Shown: positions 20,133 through 30,645, counted from the stretch's first letter. The stretch is DNA of 64,000 nucleotides from Frankiales bacterium (GCA_025465465.1 JAODND010000034.1:8099-72098), one strand, 5' to 3'. Numbers and translations are program-made. The notes: generated from the sequence alone by a model not told the origin.

Positions 20133-20561
20133 ATGGACCCTTTGCGACGCAGTCCGCTCTCGCTGGTGCTGGCGGTGCTGACCGCTGCCGGGCTGGCCTA
20201 CGACGCGAAGGTGCACCTGCACCTCGCCAAGACCTACGACCCGGTCGGCGGTTCGATCACGCAGGGCGGCCTGTTCCGGGTCGAGGCCGTCGTCGCGATC
20301 CTCGTCGCCCTCGCCGTGCTGGTGTCCGACCGGCGGCTCGTCTGGGCCGCGGCGGGCCTGACGGGAGTCGCGGGTGTCGCCGCGGTCCTGCTGTACCGCT
20401 ACGTCGACGTGGGGTCGATCGGTCCGATCCCCAACATGTACGAGCCGGTGTGGTTCGGGGAGAAGACGCACTCGGCCATCGCGGAAGGCCTGGTGGCCGT
20501 CCTCTGGCTGGTGCGCGAGGGCCTGCGGCTACGGCGCCGGGCGACCGCTACCGCAAGGTGA
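20133..20561 (+). CDS. hypothetical integral membrane protein
   Basis: About 4 hydrophobic segments; YRYVDVGSIGPIPNMYEPVW loop. Confidence 0.75.
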   Translation: MDPLRRSPLSLVLAVLTAAGLAYDAKVHLHLAKTYDPVGGSITQGGLFRVEAVVAILVALAVLVSDRRLVWAAAGLTGVAGVAAVLLYRYVDVGSIGPIPNMYEPVWFGEKTHSAIAEGLVAVLWLVREGLRLRRRATATAR

Positions 20562-21396
20562 GCTGCCGGTTCACCAGGCCCTGGCGGGCCCGTCGGCTCT
20601 CGCTGGTCAGGCCCGTCTCGGCGAGGGCGGCGTCCAGCCGTGCACCCCAGGCCCGGGCGGGCTCCTCGATCTCGTCGGCCACGGTCTCGAGCGGCAGGTC
20701 CCAGACGGGCACAAGCAGGCCGTGTGCCCGGAACGAGCCGACGTACCGGGTGCCGTCGCCGAGTCCGAGGCCGCCGGCGACCGACATCCGGGCCAGGGCG
20801 TCGAGCAGCCGCTCCTCCTCATGGGGCAGCACCCATCGCAGGTGCGAGCGCTCGCGCATCCGGCACCAGTAGGCGCTTCGCACCGACGCGAGCCGGGCCG
20901 TCGGGACCACTGTCGCGTTGGCCCGCTCCATCGACGCGGCGACCTCGCCGTCCGGGTCGTCGGCGCCCTCGACCCAGAAGTCGAACCCGCTGTGGATCGT
21001 GATGTCGAGCGGTGCGTCGCTCAGCAGGTCCTGCAGCCGCGCCCCGGGACCGGGCAGGTCGGTCATCGCCACCGAGGAGCCGGGGGCGGCGGCGACGACC
21101 AGCTCGAGCACCGCAGCGAGGTCGCGCGAGGCGTCACCGGAGCGGGACGCGACCTGCAGCCCGAGGTAGCGCAAGCCATCGGCCCGGACCATGCCTGGCC
21201 ACGCCAGCGGGAGCACCGTCGACAGGATGACCGGAGTGCCGTCCTTCAGCGACAGCGGGGCAGTGGCGGCCGGGACGACCTCGCGCAGCGCGACCCAGTC
21301 GGTCTCGTCCGGCAGCCCCTCGAAGGGTCTGGCGACGAAGGGCGTACGGGCCTGCTTGTCGGGCTTGTTGGCGGCGTTCTTGCGACGGCTGCTCAC
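20548..21396 (-). CDS. DUF5926 family protein
   Basis: RPFEGLPDETDWVALREVVPAATAPL, GSFRAHGLLVPVWDL, RQLTLR end. Confidence 0.85.
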   Translation of the reverse strand: MSSRRKNAANKPDKQARTPFVARPFEGLPDETDWVALREVVPAATAPLSLKDGTPVILSTVLPLAWPGMVRADGLRYLGLQVASRSGDASRDLAAVLELVVAAAPGSSVAMTDLPGPGARLQDLLSDAPLDITIHSGFDFWVEGADDPDGEVAASMERANATVVPTARLASVRSAYWCRMRERSHLRWVLPHEEERLLDALARMSVAGGLGLGDGTRYVGSFRAHGLLVPVWDLPLETVADEIEEPARAWGARLDAALAETGLTSESRRARQGLVNRQLTLR

Positions 21397-21408
21397 AAGC
21401 CGAACAGC

Positions 21409-22218
21409 CTATTGCGCCTCGGCGAGCTGGCGGAGGACCCGACGCGGGTGGTTGCTGATCACGGCGTCGACCCCCAGCGCCAGCACCATGGCGATGTCAG
21501 CCTCGGAGTCCACCGTCCAGACGTGCACGCGGTTGCCGGCGGCATGCACCCTCTCGACGTAGCCGGGGTGGGCCCGCAGCACCTCGAGGGACGGCCCGGC
21601 GATGCCGACCCGCGGCGGCAGGGTCCCGTCCCGATAGCGCAACGGCACCCGCGACATCAGCAGCACGGTCGGGATCGAGGGCGCCATCGCATGCACCCGG
21701 CGCAGCGATGTGGGAGCGAACGACATGACCGTCACCCGCGATGCGGAGCGGGTCAGCGGCTGCGCCAGCCCATACCGGTCGAGCAGGTCGACGAGTGACC
21801 TCTCGACGAGGCCGCCGTAGCGGGTGGGGTGCTTGGTCTCGATGTGCAGCTGCACCGGGCGGTCGCTGTCGAGTGCCAGCTGCAGCAACCGCTCCAGGGT
21901 GAGGACCGTGCTGCCATCGGTGTCCGGCTCCTCCCAGGACGCCTCGAGCAGCGGGTCGTGGTCGCGCTGCTTCCAGCTCGCGAAGTCGAGCTCGGACAGC
22001 TCCGACAGCTCGAGCGTCGACACGACCCCACGGCCGTCACTGGTCCTGTCGACCCGGCGGTCGTGCACGCACACGAGCACGCCGTCCCGGGTCAGCCGGA
22101 CGTCGCACTCCAAGGCGTCCGCGCCGTCGACCACGGCCTTCTCGTAGGCCGTCAGCGTGTGCTCGGCATGATCGCCGCTCGCGCCGCGGTGGGCCACGAC
22201 GAGGGTCACGGAGGCCAC
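21409..22218 (-). CDS. glycerophosphodiester phosphodiesterase
   Basis: AHRGAS, EHTL, ECDVRLTRDG...VHD, IETKHP, WTVD. Confidence 0.95.
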   Translation of the reverse strand: MASVTLVVAHRGASGDHAEHTLTAYEKAVVDGADALECDVRLTRDGVLVCVHDRRVDRTSDGRGVVSTLELSELSELDFASWKQRDHDPLLEASWEEPDTDGSTVLTLERLLQLALDSDRPVQLHIETKHPTRYGGLVERSLVDLLDRYGLAQPLTRSASRVTVMSFAPTSLRRVHAMAPSIPTVLLMSRVPLRYRDGTLPPRVGIAGPSLEVLRAHPGYVERVHAAGNRVHVWTVDSEADIAMVLALGVDAVISNHPRRVLRQLAEAQ

Positions 22219-22245
22219 CAGACCATGGTGCCGGAAACCACGGCG

Positions 22246-23196
22246 TCAGGCGCGCTTTCGCACCAACGGGTCCTGCCCGTTCACGACGTCGACGACCGGC
22301 AGGCCGTCCAGCACGCGCACCAGGTTGGCCTTGGACTGCGCCACGATGCGCATCGCGGCCTCGACCGTGGAGCCCGCCATGTGCGGTGAGAGCAGCAGCC
22401 CCTCGGCCTGCCGCAGACTGGAGTCCTCGGGCAGCGGCTCGACGGCATAGACGTCCGTCGCGGCGGTCAGTCGGCCCTCGGCCAGGGCGTGGAGCAGGGC
22501 CAGCTCCTCCACGACCTCGCCACGCGCACCGTTGATGAGGACGGCTCCCGGCTTCATGGTGGCGAGGAACGAGGTGTCGACGAGACCGCGGGTCTGGTCG
22601 CCCAGTGCGATGACCAGGACCACGACGTCGCTGGTCGAGGCGAGCTGGTGCAGAGACTCGGCCGGCACGGGGGCGTCGGGATGCGCACTGCGCGACCAGT
22701 ACACGACCTGACAGCCGACCGCCGTGTAGAGCTCGGCGGCCGCGCGGCCGATCGCGCCCATGCCGATGATGCCGACCTTGAGGCCGCGCAGCTCGCGGCC
22801 CCCCAGCGACGTCTGCGGCCATTCACCGCGGCGCACCGCCTGGTCCGCATCGACCGTCTTGCGCAGCAGCGCGAGGGTCGCCGACAGGCACCACTCGGCG
22901 ACGCTGACGGCGTTCGCGCCGGCGCAGTTCGACACCGGTACGCGGGCAGCACTGCAGGCGTCGAGGTCGATGCCGTCGACGCCGGCGCTCGGCTGCTGCA
23001 CGAAGCAGACCCGCTGTCCCGGGTCGCGCACGGAAAGCTGCGGGGTCCAGTCACCCAGCACCAGGTCGACCTCCGGGAGCAGCGCGTCGACGTGCTCCTG
23101 GGTGCGGACCGGAGGCATCACGACCTCGAGCCGTGGGTCGCCGAACAGCGTCCGGAGCAGTTCGTAGGGCAGCGGCGGGAGGGCGAGCAGCCTCAC
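22246..23196 (-). CDS. D-isomer-specific 2-hydroxyacid dehydrogenase
   Basis: GIIGMGAIG, INGARG, DVYAVEP, SPHMAG; GTGA overlap start. Confidence 0.93.
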   Translation of the reverse strand: MRLLALPPLPYELLRTLFGDPRLEVVMPPVRTQEHVDALLPEVDLVLGDWTPQLSVRDPGQRVCFVQQPSAGVDGIDLDACSAARVPVSNCAGANAVSVAEWCLSATLALLRKTVDADQAVRRGEWPQTSLGGRELRGLKVGIIGMGAIGRAAAELYTAVGCQVVYWSRSAHPDAPVPAESLHQLASTSDVVVLVIALGDQTRGLVDTSFLATMKPGAVLINGARGEVVEELALLHALAEGRLTAATDVYAVEPLPEDSSLRQAEGLLLSPHMAGSTVEAAMRIVAQSKANLVRVLDGLPVVDVVNGQDPLVRKRA

Positions 23197-23702
23197 GAGC
23201 CGGCGACTCCGGCGAGGCGTGCTGTGAGCCGAGCGGGGTCGATGCTGCAGGCCTGGTCGAGGCCGAGCACCTGCATGAACCGGCCCATCGCGAGGTACTT
23301 GCCGACGACGAGGGCGAGGTCGGTGAGGCCGGCGGTCCCGAGCTGCCGCTCGAGGTCGGCGAGCAGCTCGTCGTCGATCGCGGTGCTGTCGGTGCAGAAG
23401 AGCTCTGTGAAGCGCAGCGCCTGCTTCTCGAGGGCGGTGAAGCGCGGGCTGGCGGCGAAGCCGGCGACCTCGGCGAGCGTCTCCTCGTCGAGTCCGCTGT
23501 CGGGTCGGCGAAACTCCAGGCACGTCGCGCACTGGTTGATGGTGGCGATCCGGAAGCGGACCAGCTCGTGCAGCCGTGGGTCGATCGGGCTGGCGGCGAG
23601 GGCCTTCTCGTAGCCGAGGACCACCTCGACGAAGTGCGGCGCCGCCATCAGCGCCTTCGCGACGTCGAGCCCGTCGCCCTCGGGCAGGTCGATCCGTGCC
23701 AT
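23193..23702 (-). CDS. carboxymuconolactone decarboxylase/AhpD-like protein
   Basis: ELVRFRIATINQCATC CxxC motif. Confidence 0.88.
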   Translation of the reverse strand: MARIDLPEGDGLDVAKALMAAPHFVEVVLGYEKALAASPIDPRLHELVRFRIATINQCATCLEFRRPDSGLDEETLAEVAGFAASPRFTALEKQALRFTELFCTDSTAIDDELLADLERQLGTAGLTDLALVVGKYLAMGRFMQVLGLDQACSIDPARLTARLAGVAGS

Positions 23703-23753
23703 CCGCGTCTCCCTTTGGTCACTGCTGCGAACGGTACGCGATCTTCCCGATCG

Positions 23754-24614
23754 TCACTTGAGCAGCCGGGACATCCTGCGGTCGGCCAGCGGCTTGCCCT
23801 CTGTCTGGCAGGTGGCGCAGTACTGCAGCGACGTGGTGGCGAACGACACCTCACGGACCTCGTCGCCGCAGCGCGGGCACGGCAGCCCGGTGCGGCCATG
23901 GACGTTGAGGTTGCTCTTCTTCTCGGCCTTGAGCTCCCCGGCGGCGGTGCCCGCCGACCTCTCCACCGCAGCGCGCAGGATCTGCTGGATCGCGGCGTGC
24001 AGCTTCTCGACGTCCTCCGGGGTGAGGTTGCCGGCCGGCTTGAACGGCGACATCCTCACCTCCCACAGCACCTCGTCGCTGTAGGCGTTGCCCAGGCCGG
24101 CGATGAGCGACTGATCGGTCAGCACGCCCTTGACCTGGGCGCGGACACCGGCGAACAGCTCGCCGAGCCGGTGGGCGGTGAACTCCTCCGACAGCGGGTC
24201 GACGCCGAGTCGCGCGACCCCGGGCACCTCGGCCGCGTCCCGGACGATGTACACCGCCAGCCGCTTCTGGGTGCCGGCCTCGGTGAGGTCGAAGCCGGAG
24301 CCGTCATCGAGGTGGACGCGCACGCCGATCGGGCCCTTGCCCATCCGCGGCGGCGCCGGGGGCAGCGCGTCACGCCAGTGCAGCCAGCCGGCCCGGGCGA
24401 GGTGCGTGACGAGGTGCAGGCCGCTGACGTCGAGGTCGAGGAACTTGCCGTGTCGGGCTGCCCCGGTGATCTCGAGCCCGGCCAGCGACGTGGGTGACGG
24501 GTCGTAGGTCTTGAGCACGTGGATGCCGGGCACGTCGACGCGGGCGACGACCCGCCCGACGGCGTGGTCGCGCAGGAAGGTCACGAGGGACTCGACCTCG
24601 GGCAGCTCGGGCAC
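23754..24614 (-). CDS. Fpg/Nei family DNA glycosylase
   Basis: PELPEV N-terminus, RHGK, DQSLIAGLGNAYSDE (H2TH), CPRC...CATCQ zinc finger. Confidence 0.95.
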   Translation of the reverse strand: MPELPEVESLVTFLRDHAVGRVVARVDVPGIHVLKTYDPSPTSLAGLEITGAARHGKFLDLDVSGLHLVTHLARAGWLHWRDALPPAPPRMGKGPIGVRVHLDDGSGFDLTEAGTQKRLAVYIVRDAAEVPGVARLGVDPLSEEFTAHRLGELFAGVRAQVKGVLTDQSLIAGLGNAYSDEVLWEVRMSPFKPAGNLTPEDVEKLHAAIQQILRAAVERSAGTAAGELKAEKKSNLNVHGRTGLPCPRCGDEVREVSFATTSLQYCATCQTEGKPLADRRMSRLLK

Positions 24615-24660
24615 ACGATCACGCTAACTCGCACGGAGCGCGCGGGGCTACGGTGCCCGC

Positions 24661-25395
24661 GTGGACGAGCGCGAGTTCCTCAAGGCGTACGACCCGCACG
24701 CCTTCCCCCCGTTCGCGGTCACGGTCGACGTCGTCCTGCTGACGGTGCGCGAGGGCGTGCTGTCCGTGCTGCTCGTCGAGCGTGAGACCCATCCGTTCCG
24801 CGGTCGGCTCGCGCTGCCCGGCGGGTTCGTGCAGGTCGACGAGGACCTGGAGGCCGCCGCGGTCCGACGCCTCGCGCAGGAGACCGGTGTCCGGCGCGAC
24901 GGTGATTCGGTGGGAGCCCACGTCGAGCAGCTCGGCGCCTTCGGAGACCCGCACCGCGACCCGCGGATGCGCGTCGTGTCCGTGCCGTACCTGGTGTTCG
25001 CTCCCGACCTGCCCGCGCCGACGCCCGGCTCCGGTGCGTCGTGGGTGGCGTGGGTACCGGTCCGTGCGGTCGAGACCGACCGGCTGGCGTTCGACCACGC
25101 CGCGGTGCTCGGCGCCGGGGTCGAACGGGCCAGGGCCAAGCTCGAGTACTCACCCGTGGCGGCGGCGTTCTGCACCGAGGAGTTCACGGTCGCCGACCTC
25201 CGCCGGGTCTACGAGGCGGTCTGGGGCGTGCCGCTCGACCCGCGCAACTTCCACCGCAAGACCACCGGCACGCCGGGGTTCCTCGTCCCCGTCGGTCGCG
25301 ACTCGGTGCCCGGACCCGGCGGCGGTCGCCCGGCCGCGCTCTACCGCCGGGGCGACGCCCAGCTGCTGCACCCGGCGATGCTGCGGCCGCACTGA
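24661..25395 (+). CDS. NUDIX-wHTH regulator (NrtR-type)
   Basis: ALPGGFV...RLAQETG, RDPRMR, LAFDH, DPRNFHRK, GGRPAALYR. Confidence 0.92.
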   Translation: MDEREFLKAYDPHAFPPFAVTVDVVLLTVREGVLSVLLVERETHPFRGRLALPGGFVQVDEDLEAAAVRRLAQETGVRRDGDSVGAHVEQLGAFGDPHRDPRMRVVSVPYLVFAPDLPAPTPGSGASWVAWVPVRAVETDRLAFDHAAVLGAGVERARAKLEYSPVAAAFCTEEFTVADLRRVYEAVWGVPLDPRNFHRKTTGTPGFLVPVGRDSVPGPGGGRPAALYRRGDAQLLHPAMLRPH

Positions 25396-25410
25396 CCTGG
25401 GTGGCCGGGC

Positions 25411-25428
25411 GGTGAACGCCTGACGAAC
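25411..25428 (-). promoter_or_regulatory. PHO-box-like 11-bp repeat pair upstream of the sensor kinase
   Basis: TGAAC at 25413 and CGAAC at 25424 (GTTCG / GTTCACC on the minus strand). Confidence 0.6.
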
Positions 25429-25478
25429 ACCTCGCCGGGAGGGGTCGGGCGCGCGCTACCGCCCCTAGCATCGACCAC

Positions 25479-26675
25479 GTGGACACCACGTCGGTGGTGC
25501 TGGCTGCCGCCAGCGGCCTGGGAGGTGTGGCCCTCGGGGCGTACCTCGTGGTCGCGCTGCGCCCTCGCGACCGCGGTCCAGCGCTCGCGCCGGCCAGTGG
25601 CAACGCCCACGGGCCGACGGCCGCCGAGGTCCTCGAGGCGCTTCCCGTCGCGGTGCTCATCGTCGACGTGGCCGAGGAGGTGCTGCTCGGCAACCGGGCC
25701 GCTCGCGACCTGGGACTCGTCCGCGAGGGGGTGCTCGCGGCGCTGCCCCAGCTGCGCAGGCTGGTTCGGGACACCCGGGTGCACGGCAAGCCGCATGATG
25801 CCGAGCTCGAGTCGCCGCTCGTACGGCCGGGCCGGCCGCCCGCCGTCTACCGCGCCCGGCTGGCGCCGGTCGGGGACGGCACCGTCGCCGTGCTGCTCGA
25901 GGACGTCACCGATGCGCGCCGGCTCGAGGACGTCCGGCGGGACTTCGTCGCCAACGTGTCGCACGAGCTGAAGACCCCCGCGGCCGCCCTCGGCCTGCTC
26001 AGCGAGGCGCTGCAGGACGCCGCCGACGACCCGCAGGCGGTCCGGACCTTCGCGGCCCGGTCGCAGAAGGAGTCGCGGCGACTCGGCTCGCTCGTCCAGG
26101 ACCTGGTCGCGCTCTCGCGCCTCGAAGGCGCCGAGCGGCACCCGGAGCCGGAGGTGGTCCGGCTCGACCGCACCATCGCCGAGGCCGTCGACCGCGTCCG
26201 CACCACCGCGCAGGCCCGCGGCATCACGGTCGTCCCCAGCGGTGACCACGGCATCCAGCTGTCCGGCAGCGAGGCCCAGCTGACGACGGCGCTGGGCAAT
26301 CTGCTGGAGAACGCCGTCAACTACAGCCCGGACAACGCCCGGGTCGTCATCGGCGCGCGCGTCGTCCAGGAGCAGGACGGTCGGGTCGTCGAGATCAACG
26401 TCGTCGACGAGGGGATCGGCATCAGCGCAAAGGATGCCGAGCGCGTCTTCGAGCGGTTCTATCGCGCGGACCCCGCGCGGTCGCGCGCGACCGGCGGGAC
26501 CGGCCTCGGGCTGGCCATCGTCAAGCACGTCGCCAGCAACCACGGCGGCACCGTCTCGGTGCGCAGCACCGAGGGGTACGGCTCCACCTTCACCTTGCGG
26601 CTCCCTGCCACCGAGTCCGCGTCCACCCGCCCGGCCCCCGCACCGCAGAGCGTTCCCGAGGAGACCCTGTCATGA
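25479..26675 (+). CDS. senX3: phosphate-sensing histidine kinase (SenX3/PhoR)
   Basis: DFVANVSHELKTP, NLLENAVNYS, DEGIGI, FERFYR, GGTGLGLAIVKH; upstream of regX3 and pst. Confidence 0.93.
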   Translation: MDTTSVVLAAASGLGGVALGAYLVVALRPRDRGPALAPASGNAHGPTAAEVLEALPVAVLIVDVAEEVLLGNRAARDLGLVREGVLAALPQLRRLVRDTRVHGKPHDAELESPLVRPGRPPAVYRARLAPVGDGTVAVLLEDVTDARRLEDVRRDFVANVSHELKTPAAALGLLSEALQDAADDPQAVRTFAARSQKESRRLGSLVQDLVALSRLEGAERHPEPEVVRLDRTIAEAVDRVRTTAQARGITVVPSGDHGIQLSGSEAQLTTALGNLLENAVNYSPDNARVVIGARVVQEQDGRVVEINVVDEGIGISAKDAERVFERFYRADPARSRATGGTGLGLAIVKHVASNHGGTVSVRSTEGYGSTFTLRLPATESASTRPAPAPQSVPEETLS

Positions 26676-27355
26676 CCCGCGTCCTGGTCGTCGAAGACGA
26701 GGACTCGATCTCCGAGCCCCTCGCATACATGCTCCGCAAGGAGGGGTTCGAGGTGGCGATCGCCGACGACGGCCCCGCCGGCCTGGCCGCGTTCGACCGC
26801 GACGGTGCCGACCTCGTGCTGCTCGACCTGATGCTGCCCGGCCTGTCCGGGACGGAGGTCTGCCGCGAGCTGCGCACCCGCTCGGCCGTGCCGGTGATCA
26901 TGCTGACCGCCCGCGACAGCGAGGTGGACAAGGTGGTCGGTCTCGAGCTCGGCGCGGACGACTACGTCACCAAGCCCTTCAGCCACCGCGAGCTCGTGGC
27001 CCGGATCCGGGCCGTCCTGCGACGGCACAGCGGCACGGCGCCCGCCGAGGACGGCACCGCCCTTGAGGCCGGCCCGGTGCGGATGGACGTCGACCGGCAC
27101 CTGGTGACCGTCGCCGGTCAGGCCGTCCAGCTGCCGCTGAAGGAGTTCGACCTGCTCGAGCTGCTGCTGCGCAACGTCGGCCGGGTGCTCACCCGCGGCC
27201 AGCTCATCGACCGGGTCTGGGGCAGCGACTACGTCGGCGACACCAAGACCCTCGACGTCCACGTGAAGCGGCTGCGCGCCAAGATCGAGCCGGACCCGGC
27301 CAGTCCGAAGCACCTGCTGACCGTCCGGGGGCTGGGCTACAAGCTCGAGCGCTGA
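26672..27355 (+). CDS. regX3: response regulator RegX3/PhoP
   Basis: LLDLMLPGLSGTEVCR, GADDYVTKPF, DRVWGSDYVGDTKTLDVHVKRLR. Confidence 0.96.
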   Translation: MTRVLVVEDEDSISEPLAYMLRKEGFEVAIADDGPAGLAAFDRDGADLVLLDLMLPGLSGTEVCRELRTRSAVPVIMLTARDSEVDKVVGLELGADDYVTKPFSHRELVARIRAVLRRHSGTAPAEDGTALEAGPVRMDVDRHLVTVAGQAVQLPLKEFDLLELLLRNVGRVLTRGQLIDRVWGSDYVGDTKTLDVHVKRLRAKIEPDPASPKHLLTVRGLGYKLER

Positions 27356-27393
27356 GCAGGTGGCCGCGACATGAACGGGGCCTTTTGCCCGTC

Positions 27394-27433
27394 GTTCACC
27401 TGCTGTCCACCTTGGTCGCCCTCCTGCTTCACC
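27394..27433 (+). promoter_or_regulatory. PHO-box-like direct-repeat array upstream of pstS
   Basis: GTTCACC (27394), GTCCACC (27405), degenerate unit (~27415), CTTCACC (27427): 11-bp phase. Confidence 0.8.
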
Positions 27434-27487
27434 GTGCCCGCCTAGACAGGTCCACGACAGACCAACCGATCTCTCGGAGGACCTCGC

Positions 27488-28582
27488 GTGAAGGTCATGC
27501 GCACCGGCCAGCTGGCCGGACTGACGCTCGTCGGGGCGCTCGCCCTGACCGCGTGCAGCGGCAACAACACCCCGACGACCAACCCCTCGGCGAGCGGCAC
27601 CGGCACGGCCGGTTGCGCCACCGGGTCGCTGTCGGGCCAGGGCTCGACGTTCCAGGCGAACGCCGAGCTCCAGTGGGCCAAGGACTACGCCGCGAAGTGC
27701 GCTGGCGCCTCGGTCACCTACGAGGGCACCGGCTCCGGCGCGGGCAAGACCGCGTTCGGCAACGGCACCGCCGAGTTCGGCGGCACCGACTCGCTCCCCA
27801 AGCCCGAGGAGCAGGCCGCCGCCGACAAGCGCTGCGGCACGGGCAACAAGGGCATCGTGACCCCGATCGTCGCGGGCGCTGTCGTCCTCACCTACCACCT
27901 CGACGGCGTGGCCAAGCTCACCCTGTCGGCCACGACCGTCGCCAAGATCTTCGAGGGCACCATCACGAAGTGGGACGACCCCGCCATCAAGGCCGACAAC
28001 GCCGGTGCGACGCTGCCCAGCACGACCATCGTCACGGTGCACCGCAACGACAAGTCGGGCACCACGAACATCTTCTCCAGCTGGCTGGACAAGAACGACC
28101 CGGCCGACTGGAAGCTCGGCGCGGCGGAGACGCTGACCTGGCCCGGCGGCCAGAGCGCCAAGGGCTCGGACGGCGTGACCGGCGCGGTCGCCGGCGCCAA
28201 GGGCGGCATCACCTACACCGAGCTGTCCTTCGCCAAGGCCCAGAACCTCCCGGTCGCCGACATCAAGAATGCCGCCGGCACGACGGTGACCCCCAACGCC
28301 ACCAGCGTGTCGGCCGCGCTCGGCACCGCCACGGTCGACACCAGCAAGGGCGACATCCGCATCACGCCCGACTACGCGACCAAGACCAGCGCCGCCTACC
28401 CGCTCGCCGCACCGTCCTACGTTCTCACCTGCGACAAGGGCAACAAGAGCGCGGCACTGCTCAAGGGCTACCTCACCTACGCTCTGACCGACGGTACGGC
28501 GGTGCTGGACGGACTCGGCTACGCACCGCTGCCGGACGCCATCGCCACCCAGGCGAAGACCCAGGTGGCCACACTCTCCTGA
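27488..28582 (+). CDS. pstS: phosphate ABC transporter substrate-binding lipoprotein
   Basis: Lipobox LTAC, GSTFQ, GSGAG, FGGTD, ITKWDDPAI, SGTT. Confidence 0.96.
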   Translation: MKVMRTGQLAGLTLVGALALTACSGNNTPTTNPSASGTGTAGCATGSLSGQGSTFQANAELQWAKDYAAKCAGASVTYEGTGSGAGKTAFGNGTAEFGGTDSLPKPEEQAAADKRCGTGNKGIVTPIVAGAVVLTYHLDGVAKLTLSATTVAKIFEGTITKWDDPAIKADNAGATLPSTTIVTVHRNDKSGTTNIFSSWLDKNDPADWKLGAAETLTWPGGQSAKGSDGVTGAVAGAKGGITYTELSFAKAQNLPVADIKNAAGTTVTPNATSVSAALGTATVDTSKGDIRITPDYATKTSAAYPLAAPSYVLTCDKGNKSAALLKGYLTYALTDGTAVLDGLGYAPLPDAIATQAKTQVATLS

Positions 28583-28598
28583 TGACAGCCAGCACCTC

Positions 28599-29588
28599 AT
28601 GACAGCGAGCACCGAGAGGCCGCCGCCGGACCTGTCCGGCGGCGGCCTCGGCGCGACCCGGCGCGTCGGCGACCGGGTCTTCGCCGCGCTCACGACCGGC
28701 GCGGGCGTGCTCGTCCTGGCGCTGATCGTGGCGATCGGCGCCTTCCTGCTCACCAAGGCCATCCCGGCCGTGCAGAAGGACTCCACGAACTTCTTCACGA
28801 CCAAGCTGTGGCAACCCGACAACGACCCCTCCGTCTTCGGGATCGCGGCCCTGGTCTTCGGGACCCTGCTCTCGAGCATCATCGCGCTGGTCGTCGCCGG
28901 CCCCATCGCGATCGGCATCGCGCTCTACATCTCCGACTACGCCCCGCGCCGGCTCGCGACACCCATCGGCTACCTCGTCGACCTGCTCGCGGCGGTTCCG
29001 TCGGTCGTCTACGGGCTGTGGGGTCTGCTGTTCCTCGCGCCGCACTCGGACAAGTTCCAGCAGTTCCTCAGCGACCACTTCGGGTTCATCCCGCTGTTCG
29101 ATCTCGGGAAGAACGGCGTCGTCGGCCGCAGCATGATGATCGCCAGCCTCGTGCTCGCGATCATGATCCTGCCGATCGTCGCCGCGATCAGTCGCGAGAT
29201 CTTCCTGCAGGTGCCCCAGGCCAACCGCGAGGCGGCCCTCGCCCTGGGCGCCACGAAGCTCGAGATGATCCGGCTGGCCGTGCTGCCCTACAGCAAGTCC
29301 GGCGTCGTCGGTGCCCTCATGCTCGGCCTCGGCCGGGCCCTGGGCGAGACCATCGCCGTCGCACTCGTGCTGTCGCTGTCCTACAGCACCTCGTTCCACA
29401 TCATCGACGCCAACGTGGGCGGCAACACGATCGCCGCCAACATCGCCTCCCAGTACCAAGCGGCCGAACCGCTCGGACAGCGGGCGCTGATCGCCTCGGG
29501 GCTCGTGCTGTTCGTCATCACCTTTGCGGTGAACGCCCTCGCGCGCTACGTCGTGACGCGCAGCGGCAAGCGGGCGGCAGCGGTATGA
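28599..29588 (+). CDS. pstC: phosphate ABC transporter permease
   Basis: LAAVPSVVYGLWG, EAALALGATK, GRALGETIAV. Confidence 0.96.
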   Translation: MTASTERPPPDLSGGGLGATRRVGDRVFAALTTGAGVLVLALIVAIGAFLLTKAIPAVQKDSTNFFTTKLWQPDNDPSVFGIAALVFGTLLSSIIALVVAGPIAIGIALYISDYAPRRLATPIGYLVDLLAAVPSVVYGLWGLLFLAPHSDKFQQFLSDHFGFIPLFDLGKNGVVGRSMMIASLVLAIMILPIVAAISREIFLQVPQANREAALALGATKLEMIRLAVLPYSKSGVVGALMLGLGRALGETIAVALVLSLSYSTSFHIIDANVGGNTIAANIASQYQAAEPLGQRALIASGLVLFVITFAVNALARYVVTRSGKRAAAV

Positions 29589-30643
29589 GCGCGCCCAGCC
29601 TGCTCGACCAGCTGCCCGGACTCGGCGACCAGGCGCGCCGGCTGCACGCGCCGGTCCGGCTCGCGCTGTTGGCCCTCACCGTCCTGGTCAGCCTGCTGCT
29701 CTTCGCCAGCACGCCGCTGCAGGGCCGGGTCGACTTCGTCGTCTTCGTCGTCATCGCCTTCGCCCTCGTCCAGACCGGCGTGAGCTTCGCCCTCGAGGGC
29801 CGCCGACACGCCCTCGACCGACTCGTCAGCCTGCTCGTCCACCTGGCGCTGCTCGCCGCGGTCGTCCCTCTCGTCTCGGTGCTGAGCTACACCGTGTACA
29901 AGGGACTGAAGAAGCTGGACGGGCAGTTCCTCACGCACAACCTCACGGGGCTCGGACCGCTCGACACCAACGGCGGCGAGTACCACGCCATCATCGGCAC
30001 GCTCGAGCAGGTCCTCATGGCGACCGCCATCGCCGTCCCCCTCGGGTTGCTGGTCGCGATCTACATCACCGAGTACGGCAAGGGCTGGCTCGCCGCCGCA
30101 GTCCGGTTCGTCATCGACGTCATGACCGGCATCCCGTCGATCGTGGCCGGCCTGTTCGTCTTCGCGTTCTGGGTCATCGGCCTGCACCGCGGCTACAGCG
30201 GGCTCGCGGCCGCCTTCTCACTGACCATCCTCATGCTGCCGGTCGTCGTCCGGTCGTCGGAGGAGATGATCAAGCTCGTGCCGGCCGAGCTGCGCGAGGC
30301 GTCCTATGCCCTCGGGCTGCCGAAGTGGAAGACGATCCTGCGCATCGTGCTGCCCACGGCGAGCGCGGGCATCACGACCGGCACGATGCTCGCGGTCGCG
30401 CGGGTGACCGGTGAGACGGCCCCGCTGCTGCTGACGTCCTTCATCACGCCCGCGACCAACACCTCGCCCATCGCCGGCAAGCAGACCGCCATCCCCACGT
30501 TCATCTTCAGCCAGATCGGGCTGGGCCGGCCGGCCAACTACGACCGCGCGTGGGCCGCCGCCCTGACGCTGATCATCATTGTCCTCGTCCTCTACATCAG
30601 CGCGCGGCTCCTCACCCGGCGCAACACCCTCACCCGGAGGTAG
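29585..30643 (+). CDS. pstA: phosphate ABC transporter permease
   Basis: [36 protein letters not shown] overlap. Confidence 0.95.
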   Translation: MSAPSLLDQLPGLGDQARRLHAPVRLALLALTVLVSLLLFASTPLQGRVDFVVFVVIAFALVQTGVSFALEGRRHALDRLVSLLVHLALLAAVVPLVSVLSYTVYKGLKKLDGQFLTHNLTGLGPLDTNGGEYHAIIGTLEQVLMATAIAVPLGLLVAIYITEYGKGWLAAAVRFVIDVMTGIPSIVAGLFVFAFWVIGLHRGYSGLAAAFSLTILMLPVVVRSSEEMIKLVPAELREASYALGLPKWKTILRIVLPTASAGITTGTMLAVARVTGETAPLLLTSFITPATNTSPIAGKQTAIPTFIFSQIGLGRPANYDRAWAAALTLIIIVLVLYISARLLTRRNTLTRR

Positions 30644-30645
30644 TC

